Positions 1 to 8,435 of a stretch of DNA of 64,000 nucleotides are shown piece by piece. The first letter of the stretch is position 1. Every line of letters begins with the position of its first letter. A program made the translations under genes and the position numbers. Under the pieces are notes generated by a model that saw nothing but the letters and a program-made list of their open reading frames with translations, had not been told where the DNA came from and did not search any database. The DNA is from Nanobdellota archaeon (GTDB lineage Archaea; Nanobdellota; Nanobdellia; Woesearchaeales; JAHIVG01), in contig JAZDHH010000008.1 of NCBI GenBank assembly GCA_043806015.1, positions 37,695 through 101,694 on the forward strand. Direction: 5' to 3'.

Positions 1-198
1 GTCGATTTCTGCTTTCGGATACTTCCTCTTGAGCGCGGACAAGGCGGGGAGTGTCAGGGTCGTCTCGCCCAGGCCCCAGAGCTGGATGCAGAGGATGCGG
101 CGGACAGGTACAGGCTTACGCTTGGGAAGCAAGCCGAGGGCGAGGCAGATCATGCCTCCCTTGACGCGGTCCAGGATCCTGAGCAAGGGGATGTGCAT
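1..198 (-). CDS. Glycosyltransferase family 9 (heptosyltransferase-like), N-terminal fragment; the gene runs off the window start
   Basis: Own translation from the ATG at 198-196: MHIPLLRILDRVKGGMICLALGLLPKRKPVPVRRILCIQLWGLGETTLTLPALSALKRKYPKAEID. The IL-I-L-LG----L--PAL--LK---P-A-I pattern is typical of GT9 N-termini. Confidence 0.5.
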   Translation of the reverse strand, partial: MHIPLLRILDRVKGGMICLALGLLPKRKPVPVRRILCIQLWGLGETTLTLPALSALKRKYPKAEID

Positions 199-229
199 GC
201 AAGAACAAAAGCAGGAGTGCTTCTTAAAT

Positions 230-598
230 CTAGCGGCGTTTTTCCATAGCCATCTTGCGCACGATTTCCTCTGTCCTGTTCTGGATCTTGCGCATGACCG
301 TGTAGATATGGAAGATGAGCCCCATCACCAGCATGAAGCCGAGGATGATGAAGAAGTCGATAGGCCTCTGCAGGTTGAGCACTTCCTTGACGAAGACGTT
401 CAGGCTCTCGGGGAAGATCGTGATGCCGAGGAACGCGGCCCAGAGCACGATCCACGCGACATACTCCTTGACCGTGAATTCCTTCCGTTTCTGGTGCAGG
501 AACGTGAGGTAGCCCATGAACAGGGCGAAGAGGATCCCCAGAATCTGGATGCCGCTCATGGCGTGCACCAGCCCGCCTTCGTATTTAAAGGTTTGCAC
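230..598 (-). CDS. Small multi-pass membrane protein, DUF2304-like (commonly partnered with GT2 genes)
   Basis: 122-aa ORF with 3-4 hydrophobic helices and a basic C-terminal tail. It lies downstream of a GT2 on the same strand. Confidence 0.65.
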   Translation of the reverse strand: MQTFKYEGGLVHAMSGIQILGILFALFMGYLTFLHQKRKEFTVKEYVAWIVLWAAFLGITIFPESLNVFVKEVLNLQRPIDFFIILGFMLVMGLIFHIYTVMRKIQNRTEEIVRKMAMEKRR

Positions 599-634
599 GA
601 AACTTATTTATAGTTCCACCCAATCCCCCGGCAT

Positions 635-1096
635 ATGACAAACGGGAGGCGCAAGGGATCGTCACCCGGGCCAAAGAATGCTTTTTTTCTCGATCCGCTT
701 TCTATCTCCGGAGCGGCCTTTCATTCCGGAGATGATGAACCTTCAGGCGAGCCCGATCTGTCAGGGATGGTCTCCTCGCCTGGCAATGGCGGACCACGTC
801 CAGAAGAGATTTTGGCTGAGAAGCTGGGAGGGCCTGCCTATAGGATAGACGATCTGATGGTCGCCTTGATGCACCCCGAGCTCGGGCTTTGCCCAGACAC
901 TTTCGGCGACCGCCCGGTTTTCAAATATCTTCGCCAGCATAGTCTGCTAGTCGACGCCTCCCGTCATGGGGCCTCTCCCCGGCCGGAATTCTGGATAATG
1001 GCGTCATCGATACCGCGGTTGGTTAGGGGTATGGACATCCCGCATCCGCCGGAGAAGATCCAGGAACTCCTGGCCCAGCAAGGGCCGATGTACTGA
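635..1096 (+). CDS. Hypothetical protein (doubtful)
   Basis: Only ORF of 60 aa or more in a 500-nt gap. The N-terminus is P/G/S-rich and no motif is recognisable. Confidence 0.25.
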   Translation: MTNGRRKGSSPGPKNAFFLDPLSISGAAFHSGDDEPSGEPDLSGMVSSPGNGGPRPEEILAEKLGGPAYRIDDLMVALMHPELGLCPDTFGDRPVFKYLRQHSLLVDASRHGASPRPEFWIMASSIPRLVRGMDIPHPPEKIQELLAQQGPMY

Positions 1097-1098
1097 TT

Positions 1099-1758
1099 CT
1101 AGACAATGCCCCTGCGCAGCCGCCAGAAGAGCATGTTGAACGCGATGCTGATGCCGTCGAGGACTGTGGTGCCTTTGTAATGGTCCGCGTACACGGTCGC
1201 GATCTTGACCGTGGCGTAGCGCAGGCGGTGCCTGCCGGCGTTCGCGATCATCTCGGATTCCATGCTGTAGTCAGCCGCCTTCCACCTGATTTTGCGGTAG
1301 GCGGCCGCGGTGAAGGCGCGGAAGCCGCACTGGGTGTCCTGCAGCTCGATGCCGAACAGGAAGAAGGTCATGAAGTCCAGGAGGCGGTTGCCGATGTTGA
1401 AGACCAGGGGCATCTTCGCGTTGAAGAGTCGCTGGCCGAAGACGATGTCATGGCCCTTGATGGCCCTGAGGAACCGGGGGATGTCGCGGGCGTCATGCTG
1501 TCCGTCGCTGTCCATGAGGACGATCATGGTTGCGTCCCTCTCGAGGGCGTAGTCGCAGCCCGTCTTCGCAGCCGCCCCCTTGCCCATGTTGACGATATGC
1601 CGCAGCACGATGACTCCTTCACGCTCAGCGACTGCGCTGGTGCCGTCGCTCGAGCCGTCGTCCACCACGATGACGTTCTTAGACTGCCTGCGCGCGGCGT
1701 CGATGACCTTGCCGATGCGCTTCGCCTCGTTGAAGGCGGGGATGATGATACAGAGCAT
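1099..1758 (-). CDS. Glycosyltransferase family 2 (dolichyl-phosphate sugar synthase-like)
   Basis: N-terminus MLCIIIPAFNEAKRIGKVIDA...VIVVDDGSSDGT, followed by the DSD motif (LMDSDGQHD) of GT-A fold GT2 enzymes. Confidence 0.9.
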   Translation of the reverse strand: MLCIIIPAFNEAKRIGKVIDAARRQSKNVIVVDDGSSDGTSAVAEREGVIVLRHIVNMGKGAAAKTGCDYALERDATMIVLMDSDGQHDARDIPRFLRAIKGHDIVFGQRLFNAKMPLVFNIGNRLLDFMTFFLFGIELQDTQCGFRAFTAAAYRKIRWKAADYSMESEMIANAGRHRLRYATVKIATVYADHYKGTTVLDGISIAFNMLFWRLRRGIV

Positions 1759-1815
1759 AGCAGCGACAGGGAATCAGAAGTTAATAAAGGTTAGCATCAG
1801 GGAAATGATTCAGAC

Positions 1816-1918
1816 TTGACGGTTTCCTTGGCGTGGAAGGGTGGGGGTTGCCCCCTACGGGGTACCCTTAGGACAGGCCGAAGGCCTGGCCGTCCACCGC
1901 CTTAAAGGAAATCGTCAA
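1816..1918 (+). other. About 103-nt structured element (candidate ncRNA)
   Basis: A 14-bp closing stem (1816-1829 with 1905-1918) encloses a second stem and two GC hairpins (GGGGG-UUG-CCCCC and AGGCC-GAA-GGCCU). Two positions are G-U on the plus strand but A-C on the minus strand, which favours a plus-strand transcript. Confidence 0.3.
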
Positions 1919-1925
1919 AGGAAAG

Positions 1926-1977
1926 AGAATGTGGAATAAAGCGGATCCATTAGAATGTGGAATAAAGCGGATCCATT
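1926..1977. repeat. Perfect tandem duplication of a 26-bp unit (AGAATGTGGAATAAAGCGGATCCATT x2)
   Basis: Read directly: 1926-1951 and 1952-1977 are identical. The repeat abuts the aglB stop codon at 1979-1981. Confidence 0.95.
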
Positions 1978-1978
1978 T

Positions 1979-4900
1979 CTATTTTATCTTCACGACCTTG
2001 ACGCGGAAATGAAGCGTCTTGTTGGCCAAGGGGTGGCTGCCGGTGTATCCCTCGCTCGTATCGACCGCGAAGGTCTTCTCCTCGTCGAGCTGCATGCCCA
2101 GGACGGCCTTATCGAAGCCTGGGATGACCTGGCCCTGGCCGAGCGTGAACGATAAATCGTTGTTGGCATACGCCGAGAAGTCTGCGGAAAGGGAATCCTG
2201 GTCCCATCCCTCGATGCTCGAGTCGAACACGGTCTGGTTGTCGAAGAAGCCGACATAGTCGAGCGTCACCGTGTCTCCTGTCTTGGCTTCGGTCTTGATC
2301 ACGAACTCGTCCATGACGATCGGGTCGCCGCCTTTCCAGTCTACCTTGTAGGTGTAGATGTCCGTGCCGGTGAAATGGGTCTCGTGAAGGAAAGAATTGA
2401 AATGCTTGAGGCCGTGGCCGCGGTAGAAGAACATGACCGTGAACATGCTGGCGGTGAGCTCTGGCTGCATGAAGATGGTCGCATAGCCTTCGCCGCGTGG
2501 CACCAGGGCGACCCCATACGGGAAATCGCTGGCATAGGTCTTCTTGTGCACGCCGTCCTTGTCCGCGTAGGCGAACGCCTTCGGCTTGGCAAGGCCTTGC
2601 GGGCTCATCACGGACGGCTCCATCGATGTGAGGTTCACGGTGAGGCCGTTGCCGCAGTCGGCGAGTTCGCCGGAGACGCTGCACGATCCGAGGCCGGAGG
2701 CGAAGTTGGGCCAGGGCGCGATCCAGGCGTTGCCTTCCTCATCGGTTGAGAGGCTCTGCACCTCGAAATAGATCTGCTCAGCATAATCCTCAGGGAAGCC
2801 GAAACTCTGTTCCATGAACCTCACTGCTTCATCCTTGTCCATGCTCCTGGCTTTCTGGTAGATGTCCGCATGGGTGAAGTTCCAGGAGCCGAAATGGGCC
2901 CAGACGCCCGCCTTGCCTATCAGGTCCTCGCTGGCGATGAAGTAGTCCGCCGGCGGGTCGCAATGCGTGTACTGCAGCACCTTGTTGGCGTTTACCGGGC
3001 CGAACCTCGTCGTGAGATAGGCCAGGGCTTCCGCCTTGTCCAGCTCGAAGATGGCATACAGGGTGTCTGTCGAGTTGTGGAAGTCATTCGTGATGGAGAA
3101 AAGCGTGTCGAAGGCGTTGTTGGCCCCGCAGTCGAGCATGCGCAGGATGCCGACCGCTTGCTCTTCATTGTCGGTCAGCAGCGTCTTGCCGATCCAGTGC
3201 GCCTGCGGCCGGTCTTGCGTGGTGCCGTCGAAGGTCACCGGGCGGTCTGCCAACGCCTTGAAATGGTGGCCGAAGTCCCACCAGGAGTTGATGACCGTGT
3301 TCTCCGGCCCCGGCTTCGAGTCGTCCCTGATGGTCGTGAGCGTCTTGTACCAGGCCTGGTTGATGATGGGCACGTCGCTCCGTGCCATTTGGTAGCTCGC
3401 GCGCGCCGGCGCGATCAGGATGATGCCGCAGAGCAGGACCAGGATGGTGATGGCTGCGACGCGGGGGAGCTTCAGCTCCTTGGCGAGATAGTTGCCGACG
3501 CCGCTGATGATCGCTGCGACGCACACGCCGAAGGCGATGCTGAACGCGGGGGAGAGCATCAGGGTGAAGCGGACGCCCTTGATGGTCGCGTAGATCGTGG
3601 ACACGAACCAGATGGTGAGCAGGATGGCGTACTTCGGGTCGATGGACGTGTCCTTGAGGTAGATGACAGAAAGGAACGTGGCGGCGATGGGCAGGCAGAG
3701 GAGCGCCAGGTAGGTGATAGCGGACATCTGCAGCATGCCGTCGGTGCTAAGCAGCAGGAACCATGCGATGGAGAAGAGGATGAGCCCCCAGCGGACACCG
3801 GCGCGCTTGACCTTCATGGCCATGGTGAGCGTGATGCCGAGCAGCGCGAGGACATAGACGAGCTTGCCGCCGAACTGCGCGACGACCGAGCTGGCATTCC
3901 CCGGATTCAGCTCGGCGACGGTCGTCAGGACGTTGGGCCAGAGCGTCCCCCGGATGGGAGCCTTGAGGTTCGTGATGCCGAAGAACTGCTTCGGGAACGT
4001 CAGGGCGGTATTGCCCTCGCCGAAGAGGCTTGCGATAGCGACGGTCACGAGGAAAAAGACAGCGAGGACAACAGCGGCGTTGACGATGGCCGGCGTGCGG
4101 ACGAAATGGCCAATGCCGCCCTTGAGCTCTTTGCGATGCGCCACCATGAAGAAGCCAAGGTAGGCGAGGCTTGCCAGAACCAGGAAGCCGAGGATGAACC
4201 ACCAGCCGCCCCAGGCGAAGGCGAAGAGCCCGGTGAGGCCGCCCGCCAGCGCGCTGAAGATGAGACGTGGCAAGGGCTTTTTCGCGTCCATGGCCATCAG
4301 GTAGACCCAGGTGATCGCGGCGCTGAAGAACACGACCCACGCGTCAGAGTCCGCGTGGCCCATGAGCGTGCGGTTCACGAAGGGGATGGTCACCGCGGCG
4401 AAGGTCGCGGCGAAGAGGCCGCCGACGTTCCCGGCGATCTTGCGGCCGATCAGGAAGATGAAGAGGACGGCGAGCGCTGAGACGATAAGCGGATAGTAGG
4501 CGATGGAGTCTAGAAGGGTAACCGACGGGTCGAAGAGCTTGACGACGGGGAAGAGCCCGGCGAGGAAGTAGGCATGCATCATGTCCGAGGGCATCTGCTT
4601 GCCGACCGGGGCGAGCATGTGGTCATCCCACCAGAAGCCGTCCTTGATGGTGTCTCCGGGATAGCCGTGCTTGTTCACATTCTTCGCGTAGCGGTACCAG
4701 AAGTAGGGGTCGATGTCCGGGATGAAATAGTGGCCGTCCTCGTCCTGGTAGGTCTGCCGGAAGAACTGGGCGGTCTGCCGTATGCCCTCCTTCATGTTGT
4801 CGGCGTTCTGCGCCTTGAAGCGGGTGAATTCGGCGTCGATGATGCTATTCTTGTTCTCGTCCGGCAGGTTGGGGTACTGGTTGTTGATCGCGCCAACGAT

Positions 4901-5194
4901 CTGGTTGCGGTAGTAGTTATCGACGCTCTGCCGTGCCCAGTCGTCCGCGACAGGAAGGTTGTGATTCCCGGCGCGGATCATGATGCTGAGAACAATGGGG
5001 ATGAGGATGAGCAGCACAACGCTGAAACGCTTGAAGAACTTGCCGGCGTCCTTCCAGTTGATGGAGATCTCGTCGCCCTCTTCCGGTTCCTTGGTCTTCT
5101 CGGCAGTGGGATGGTGCTCGACGTGCTGCTTCTTTGGTTTTTTCTTGAAGAGCTTGGTGATGCCGCTCAGATCGATAGTATCATCTTCGTCCAT
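1979..5194 (-). CDS. aglB: Archaeal oligosaccharyltransferase AglB (STT3 family) fused to a C-terminal FKBP-type peptidyl-prolyl isomerase domain
   Basis: 1071 aa with about 13 TM helices, then the WWDYG-type motif NSWWDFGHH (nt ~3266-3289). The last 99 aa (nt 1982-2278) read GDTVTLDYVGFF..VFDSS...FTLGQGQVIPGFDKAVLGMQLDEEKTF...LANKTLHFRVKVVKI, the FKBP signature. Confidence 0.9.
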   Translation of the reverse strand: MDEDDTIDLSGITKLFKKKPKKQHVEHHPTAEKTKEPEEGDEISINWKDAGKFFKRFSVVLLILIPIVLSIMIRAGNHNLPVADDWARQSVDNYYRNQIVGAINNQYPNLPDENKNSIIDAEFTRFKAQNADNMKEGIRQTAQFFRQTYQDEDGHYFIPDIDPYFWYRYAKNVNKHGYPGDTIKDGFWWDDHMLAPVGKQMPSDMMHAYFLAGLFPVVKLFDPSVTLLDSIAYYPLIVSALAVLFIFLIGRKIAGNVGGLFAATFAAVTIPFVNRTLMGHADSDAWVVFFSAAITWVYLMAMDAKKPLPRLIFSALAGGLTGLFAFAWGGWWFILGFLVLASLAYLGFFMVAHRKELKGGIGHFVRTPAIVNAAVVLAVFFLVTVAIASLFGEGNTALTFPKQFFGITNLKAPIRGTLWPNVLTTVAELNPGNASSVVAQFGGKLVYVLALLGITLTMAMKVKRAGVRWGLILFSIAWFLLLSTDGMLQMSAITYLALLCLPIAATFLSVIYLKDTSIDPKYAILLTIWFVSTIYATIKGVRFTLMLSPAFSIAFGVCVAAIISGVGNYLAKELKLPRVAAITILVLLCGIILIAPARASYQMARSDVPIINQAWYKTLTTIRDDSKPGPENTVINSWWDFGHHFKALADRPVTFDGTTQDRPQAHWIGKTLLTDNEEQAVGILRMLDCGANNAFDTLFSITNDFHNSTDTLYAIFELDKAEALAYLTTRFGPVNANKVLQYTHCDPPADYFIASEDLIGKAGVWAHFGSWNFTHADIYQKARSMDKDEAVRFMEQSFGFPEDYAEQIYFEVQSLSTDEEGNAWIAPWPNFASGLGSCSVSGELADCGNGLTVNLTSMEPSVMSPQGLAKPKAFAYADKDGVHKKTYASDFPYGVALVPRGEGYATIFMQPELTASMFTVMFFYRGHGLKHFNSFLHETHFTGTDIYTYKVDWKGGDPIVMDEFVIKTEAKTGDTVTLDYVGFFDNQTVFDSSIEGWDQDSLSADFSAYANNDLSFTLGQGQVIPGFDKAVLGMQLDEEKTFAVDTSEGYTGSHPLANKTLHFRVKVVKIK

Positions 5195-5226
5195 AAACCA
5201 TCCCTCGTTGCGAGGCGTTGGCGCTA

Positions 5227-5235
5227 TTATATAAA
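5227..5235 (-). promoter_or_regulatory. TATA-like box upstream of aglB
   Basis: Minus-strand TTTATATAA about 35 nt upstream of the ATG at 5194. Confidence 0.4.
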
Positions 5236-5237
5236 GA

Positions 5238-6308
5238 TTACCATGCCTTCGGCAGGAACGTCAGGAATCCAGGTTCGGCCGCGATGATCCCCAGGAGAGC
5301 GGAAAACGCGTTGTCGCGGTCGCTTTTCTCGACGATGGAGCGGACGCGCGGCTTCGCCGCGAGCTGGACGAGCCGGTCGAAATCCTGCTCCAGGAAGCGG
5401 CTCATGGCGCGCTGGACCCTCGTGTGCGCCCACAGCTGCAGGCCGAGATGGCGCCGCCAGAGCAGGGGATAGCTCCTTTTTTCGATGATCGCTTTCGAGG
5501 CGAGCGCCGCGCTGCCCATCCCGGTGATGATACCGCCACCGGTCGAGGCCTTGACCATGGCGGCAGCGTCGCCCACGAGATACGTGTGCCCTATCTGGGT
5601 CTTCACGCCGGACCGATGCAAGGGGATGAGGCCGCCCTGCTTCTCCATGACCTCAGCGTCTGGGAATTCCTGCCGGAGCAGGGAATCGAGCAGGCTGTGG
5701 CTCTTGTTTTCCGCCATAACGCCGATGCGCGCCATCGTTTTGCTTTCCGGCACCATCCACGCGAAAAGGCCGCAGCGCTTTCCCAGGAAGACGGTGTAGC
5801 GATGGGGATGATCAGCAGCAAGCTTGGCCCGCACCTGGGCCCCGACGAGGCAGCGGTTGCCCTGCCGGAACACGTGCTTTGCCACCGCCGAGAGCGGCCC
5901 GTCAGCGCCGATGAGGATGCCCTCCGGCTTGGAACTTTTCTTGCCGCCGTGGATAAGGCCGTCAGCATAACGGTGCCCAAGACGGAATCTCGCCCCCTCG
6001 TTTTTCGCGAGGCGTGCCAGGTATTTGTCAAAGGCGTCGCGCCGCAGGATGATCTCTGGCGTGCGGAGCCTGAACAGGGCTTGATGCCTCGCGCTTTTAA
6101 CGAAGACTTCGTCGATAGAGTTGGCGACGCACGGCTTCGGTAGTTTGACCAGCTTGGTGATGTTCTGCGTCACGACCCCCGTGCATTGCACCGGCATGCC
6201 GATGCTTGCATGATCCTCGAAGACATCGACCGAGAATCCGGCTTTGGCAAGGAGCAGGGCGGCATAGCTGCCGGAAGGACCGGCGCCGATTATTGTGACC
6301 TTGACCAT
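5238..6308 (-). CDS. Geranylgeranyl reductase family FAD-dependent oxidoreductase (digeranylgeranylglycerophospholipid reductase-like)
   Basis: MVKVTIIGAGPSGSYAALLLAKAGFSVDVFE is a Rossmann GxGxxG motif, and ...YLVGDAAAMVKASTGGGI is present. The start was moved to the ATG at 6308 (codon 45 of the ORF), directly before the FAD fold. An AT-rich box lies about 25 nt upstream. Confidence 0.85.
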   Translation of the reverse strand: MVKVTIIGAGPSGSYAALLLAKAGFSVDVFEDHASIGMPVQCTGVVTQNITKLVKLPKPCVANSIDEVFVKSARHQALFRLRTPEIILRRDAFDKYLARLAKNEGARFRLGHRYADGLIHGGKKSSKPEGILIGADGPLSAVAKHVFRQGNRCLVGAQVRAKLAADHPHRYTVFLGKRCGLFAWMVPESKTMARIGVMAENKSHSLLDSLLRQEFPDAEVMEKQGGLIPLHRSGVKTQIGHTYLVGDAAAMVKASTGGGIITGMGSAALASKAIIEKRSYPLLWRRHLGLQLWAHTRVQRAMSRFLEQDFDRLVQLAAKPRVRSIVEKSDRDNAFSALLGIIAAEPGFLTFLPKAW

Positions 6309-6371
6309 CTCCCCTAGAAAGCTCGGATTATTAAAAAGGGTTTCGGAATGTTTTTCCTTTATATTCCTCGA

Positions 6372-6380
6372 GAGGCGGGG
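6372..6380. repeat. Target-site duplication, left copy (GAGGCGGGG)
   Basis: An identical 9-mer is found at 11844-11852, immediately outside the terminal inverted repeats. Confidence 0.7.
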
Positions 6381-6542
6381 GGCTTTGCACATAAATCGAG
6401 AATTGCACATTTTTAAAGGCTGTTTGCATATTATTACCATTCAGATTCTTTCATCAGACAATGACATCACAACTGTCTTGAGAGTTCCGAAAGGCTTATT
6501 AAGTACCCCCACGTCCCATGCCTTGCGAAATCGTAAAGCAGC

Positions 6543-7199
6543 ATGAGTACCTTCAACGACTTGGTCATTGAGTCAGCCGAGCACCGGCTGATGATCATTC
6601 TGAAAGCTGTCCGAGAACACGAAGGGCTCCACTACGGCGACCTACAGCATGTCGTTGAAAAGGAGAAGCCGAGAGGTCTAAGTAGCACCACGTTCTGGCG
6701 AACCCTTAAGGATTGCAAGAACATGCAGCTCGTGAAAAATGGCACAGGCCACCGCCTCACTCAGGTCGGAGAACAATTTCTCAATGGGATAAACAAGCGC
6801 GAGGCGTACCTCAACGTGCCATTGTTCAGGGAGTGCTACGATGCTAATCCCGACGTCGATGACTACGAGAAGATCAGGAATTGGTTTCTGCCTAGGCTCA
6901 AGGACGCAGAGGAGCGAATGAGAGGCACAATCATTCGCCGCTACTTCGAGGGATTATACCCAAACATCAAGATTGGAAAGGGTCAGCGCGTCAACATCAA
7001 GCCAACTATTTCAGACTTCATCAACAATAATATCCATTCGCCAACGGCCTCTCCAAAGTCGGAAGGTACGACTGTATATGCTTTCTTGCGAAGCCATAAT
7101 CTCGATCATCAGCAAATGCTCGACGTGCTTAAGCTAGTCGGCGAGGTGAACGAAAAAGACCGGCCTGAGATACTCAGGCAACTAATGCAGAAAATGTAG
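6543..7199 (+). CDS. Winged-helix (wHTH) DNA-binding protein, function unknown (transposon cargo)
   Basis: 218 aa. The N-terminal ~85 aa (LMIILKAVREHEGLHYGDLQHVV...TFWRTLKDCKNMQLV) look like a MarR/ArsR-type wHTH. Confidence 0.55.
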   Translation: MSTFNDLVIESAEHRLMIILKAVREHEGLHYGDLQHVVEKEKPRGLSSTTFWRTLKDCKNMQLVKNGTGHRLTQVGEQFLNGINKREAYLNVPLFRECYDANPDVDDYEKIRNWFLPRLKDAEERMRGTIIRRYFEGLYPNIKIGKGQRVNIKPTISDFINNNIHSPTASPKSEGTTVYAFLRSHNLDHQQMLDVLKLVGEVNEKDRPEILRQLMQKM

Positions 7200-7632
7200 A
7201 TGATGGAGAGAGAATGGGAGTTCCCCGACACGATCCTCTGAGGCGTCGCCAAGGAGGGGCGTCCAACCCAGGTTGGACCATGTCAAATTCCCGTTCCTCC
7301 AACATCCTTGATGAAGACTGAGCATTGAGGGGAGCAACGTGTCCCTCTGACTCTGCCTGCCGTGGAAGGTGGGCAGGCACTCAGGAGTGGAATACGCCCT
7401 CATGCTCCTTCATTAGCTTAAGGGGCGACAATGCGCAGGTTGCGAAATCGATAAAGCAAGAAGCCTTATCACCTGCGCCGCCGCTTAAGCGTATAAACCT
7501 ATACTAGGTTATAAAGCTTTTTAAGAGGTCTTTTGTGTGGTATAATTAACAAATTCGATTAAATGAGAGGTAAAATGACCATTTAACTGCAGGTTGAAAA
7601 GTTATTAATATAGAATATCCTTTTTCAGAAGA

Positions 7633-7818
7633 ATGAAGGAAAAAAAACATAATGAAGTTAAAACCAAACGGATAATGGTCGTAAATGGAAGGCAAATATG
7701 TCCTAGATGCGGTGAAAAACTTAATATAGAAAAAACCACTTTTAAATTTTATAAGATGACTAACGATTATAAACATTCCTTTTATAGATGCTCAAAGTGT
7801 GGTTTTTTCCAACTATGA
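7633..7818 (+). CDS. Small zinc-ribbon protein
   Basis: 61 aa with CPRC...CSKC cysteine pairs, in an AT-rich context. Confidence 0.4.
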   Translation: MKEKKHNEVKTKRIMVVNGRQICPRCGEKLNIEKTTFKFYKMTNDYKHSFYRCSKCGFFQL

Positions 7819-7854
7819 TTATACTATTTCTAGTAAATAAGTGACTTAGTTGAG

Positions 7855-7917
7855 TTTGTCCTTCATTTCAGACTTTGTCCGGTATGTCATCTTTGTCCGA
7901 GAAGAAGTAATCTGTCC
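7855..7917. repeat. Four iteron-like direct repeats TTTGTCC(G) spaced 18-19 nt apart
   Basis: Copies at 7855-7861, 7874-7880, 7892-7898 and 7911-7917 (the last reads TCTGTCC), between two convergent cargo genes. Confidence 0.6.
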
Positions 7918-7958
7918 GAAAAGTTATTCAGGCGACTTTAATTGGTGGGACGTGAGCG

Positions 7959-8435
7959 TTAGCGTCGCACGTGGCTTTGGAGGGGGGAGGTTTCTATGGT
8001 TTTTTTAAGCAAAGAGGCTATGCTTCGTGATGGAGAAAACCTCCAATCTGATGGAATCTCGGGAAAGTCCATTAATGAAAGTCTATCTCCGGTGACCATT
8101 CTTCCGAAAGAAAAACGCCAACGTTGTAGATTGATAAGTGTCGCATAGAGAAAAAGTTCATCATCGTCCATTTCTTCTTTTGGAACCAAAACAGTGAGAC
8201 CACTTCCCCCATTACCTCTGGGCAAGAATGGAGGGTTTTGGACTGTTGCCTCACAAAATGCTGATACACAAATGCATTTATTTCGGAAAATCTTTTCTTT
8301 AGGAAGAGGGGTGATATATCCGACTACACCATTGTTTACGAAGCTATTGGATACAAAAGGCATTGTTCCAGTTTCGTGGTCGTCAAATCCTTTTGAACGT
8401 GCGTTGAGAACATCGAATCTTGTAGGTAATTTCAT
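7959..8435 (-). CDS. Single target-recognition-domain protein (HsdS half-subunit-like), translationally coupled to the methyltransferase
   Basis: The ATG at 8435 overlaps the methyltransferase TGA (ATGA at 8435-8432). GTMPFVSNSFVNNGVVGYI......LTVLVPKEEMDDDELFLYATLINLQRW resembles type I S-subunit TRDs. Confidence 0.5.
   Translation of the reverse strand: MKLPTRFDVLNARSKGFDDHETGTMPFVSNSFVNNGVVGYITPLPKEKIFRNKCICVSAFCEATVQNPPFLPRGNGGSGLTVLVPKEEMDDDELFLYATLINLQRWRFSFGRMVTGDRLSLMDFPEIPSDWRFSPSRSIASLLKKTIETSPLQSHVRR

Noticed and set aside
29-613. 194-aa plus-strand ORF at the window start
   Set aside because: It is antisense to the DUF2304-like membrane protein and overlaps the GT9 fragment. The product is charged low complexity (E/D/H-rich).
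2870-4480. 536-aa plus-strand ORF, with several shorter ones, overlapping aglB
   Set aside because: It is antisense to a gene with clear STT3/AglB motifs. Its translation is R/G/D/E/A-rich low complexity, typical of open antisense frames in ~60% GC DNA.
5238-6440. 400-aa version of the geranylgeranyl reductase ORF
   Set aside because: The first 44 codons are Cys- and Lys-rich, run across the AT-rich promoter, and precede the GxGxxG fold. The ATG at 6308 directly before MVKVTIIGAGPSG is the credible start.
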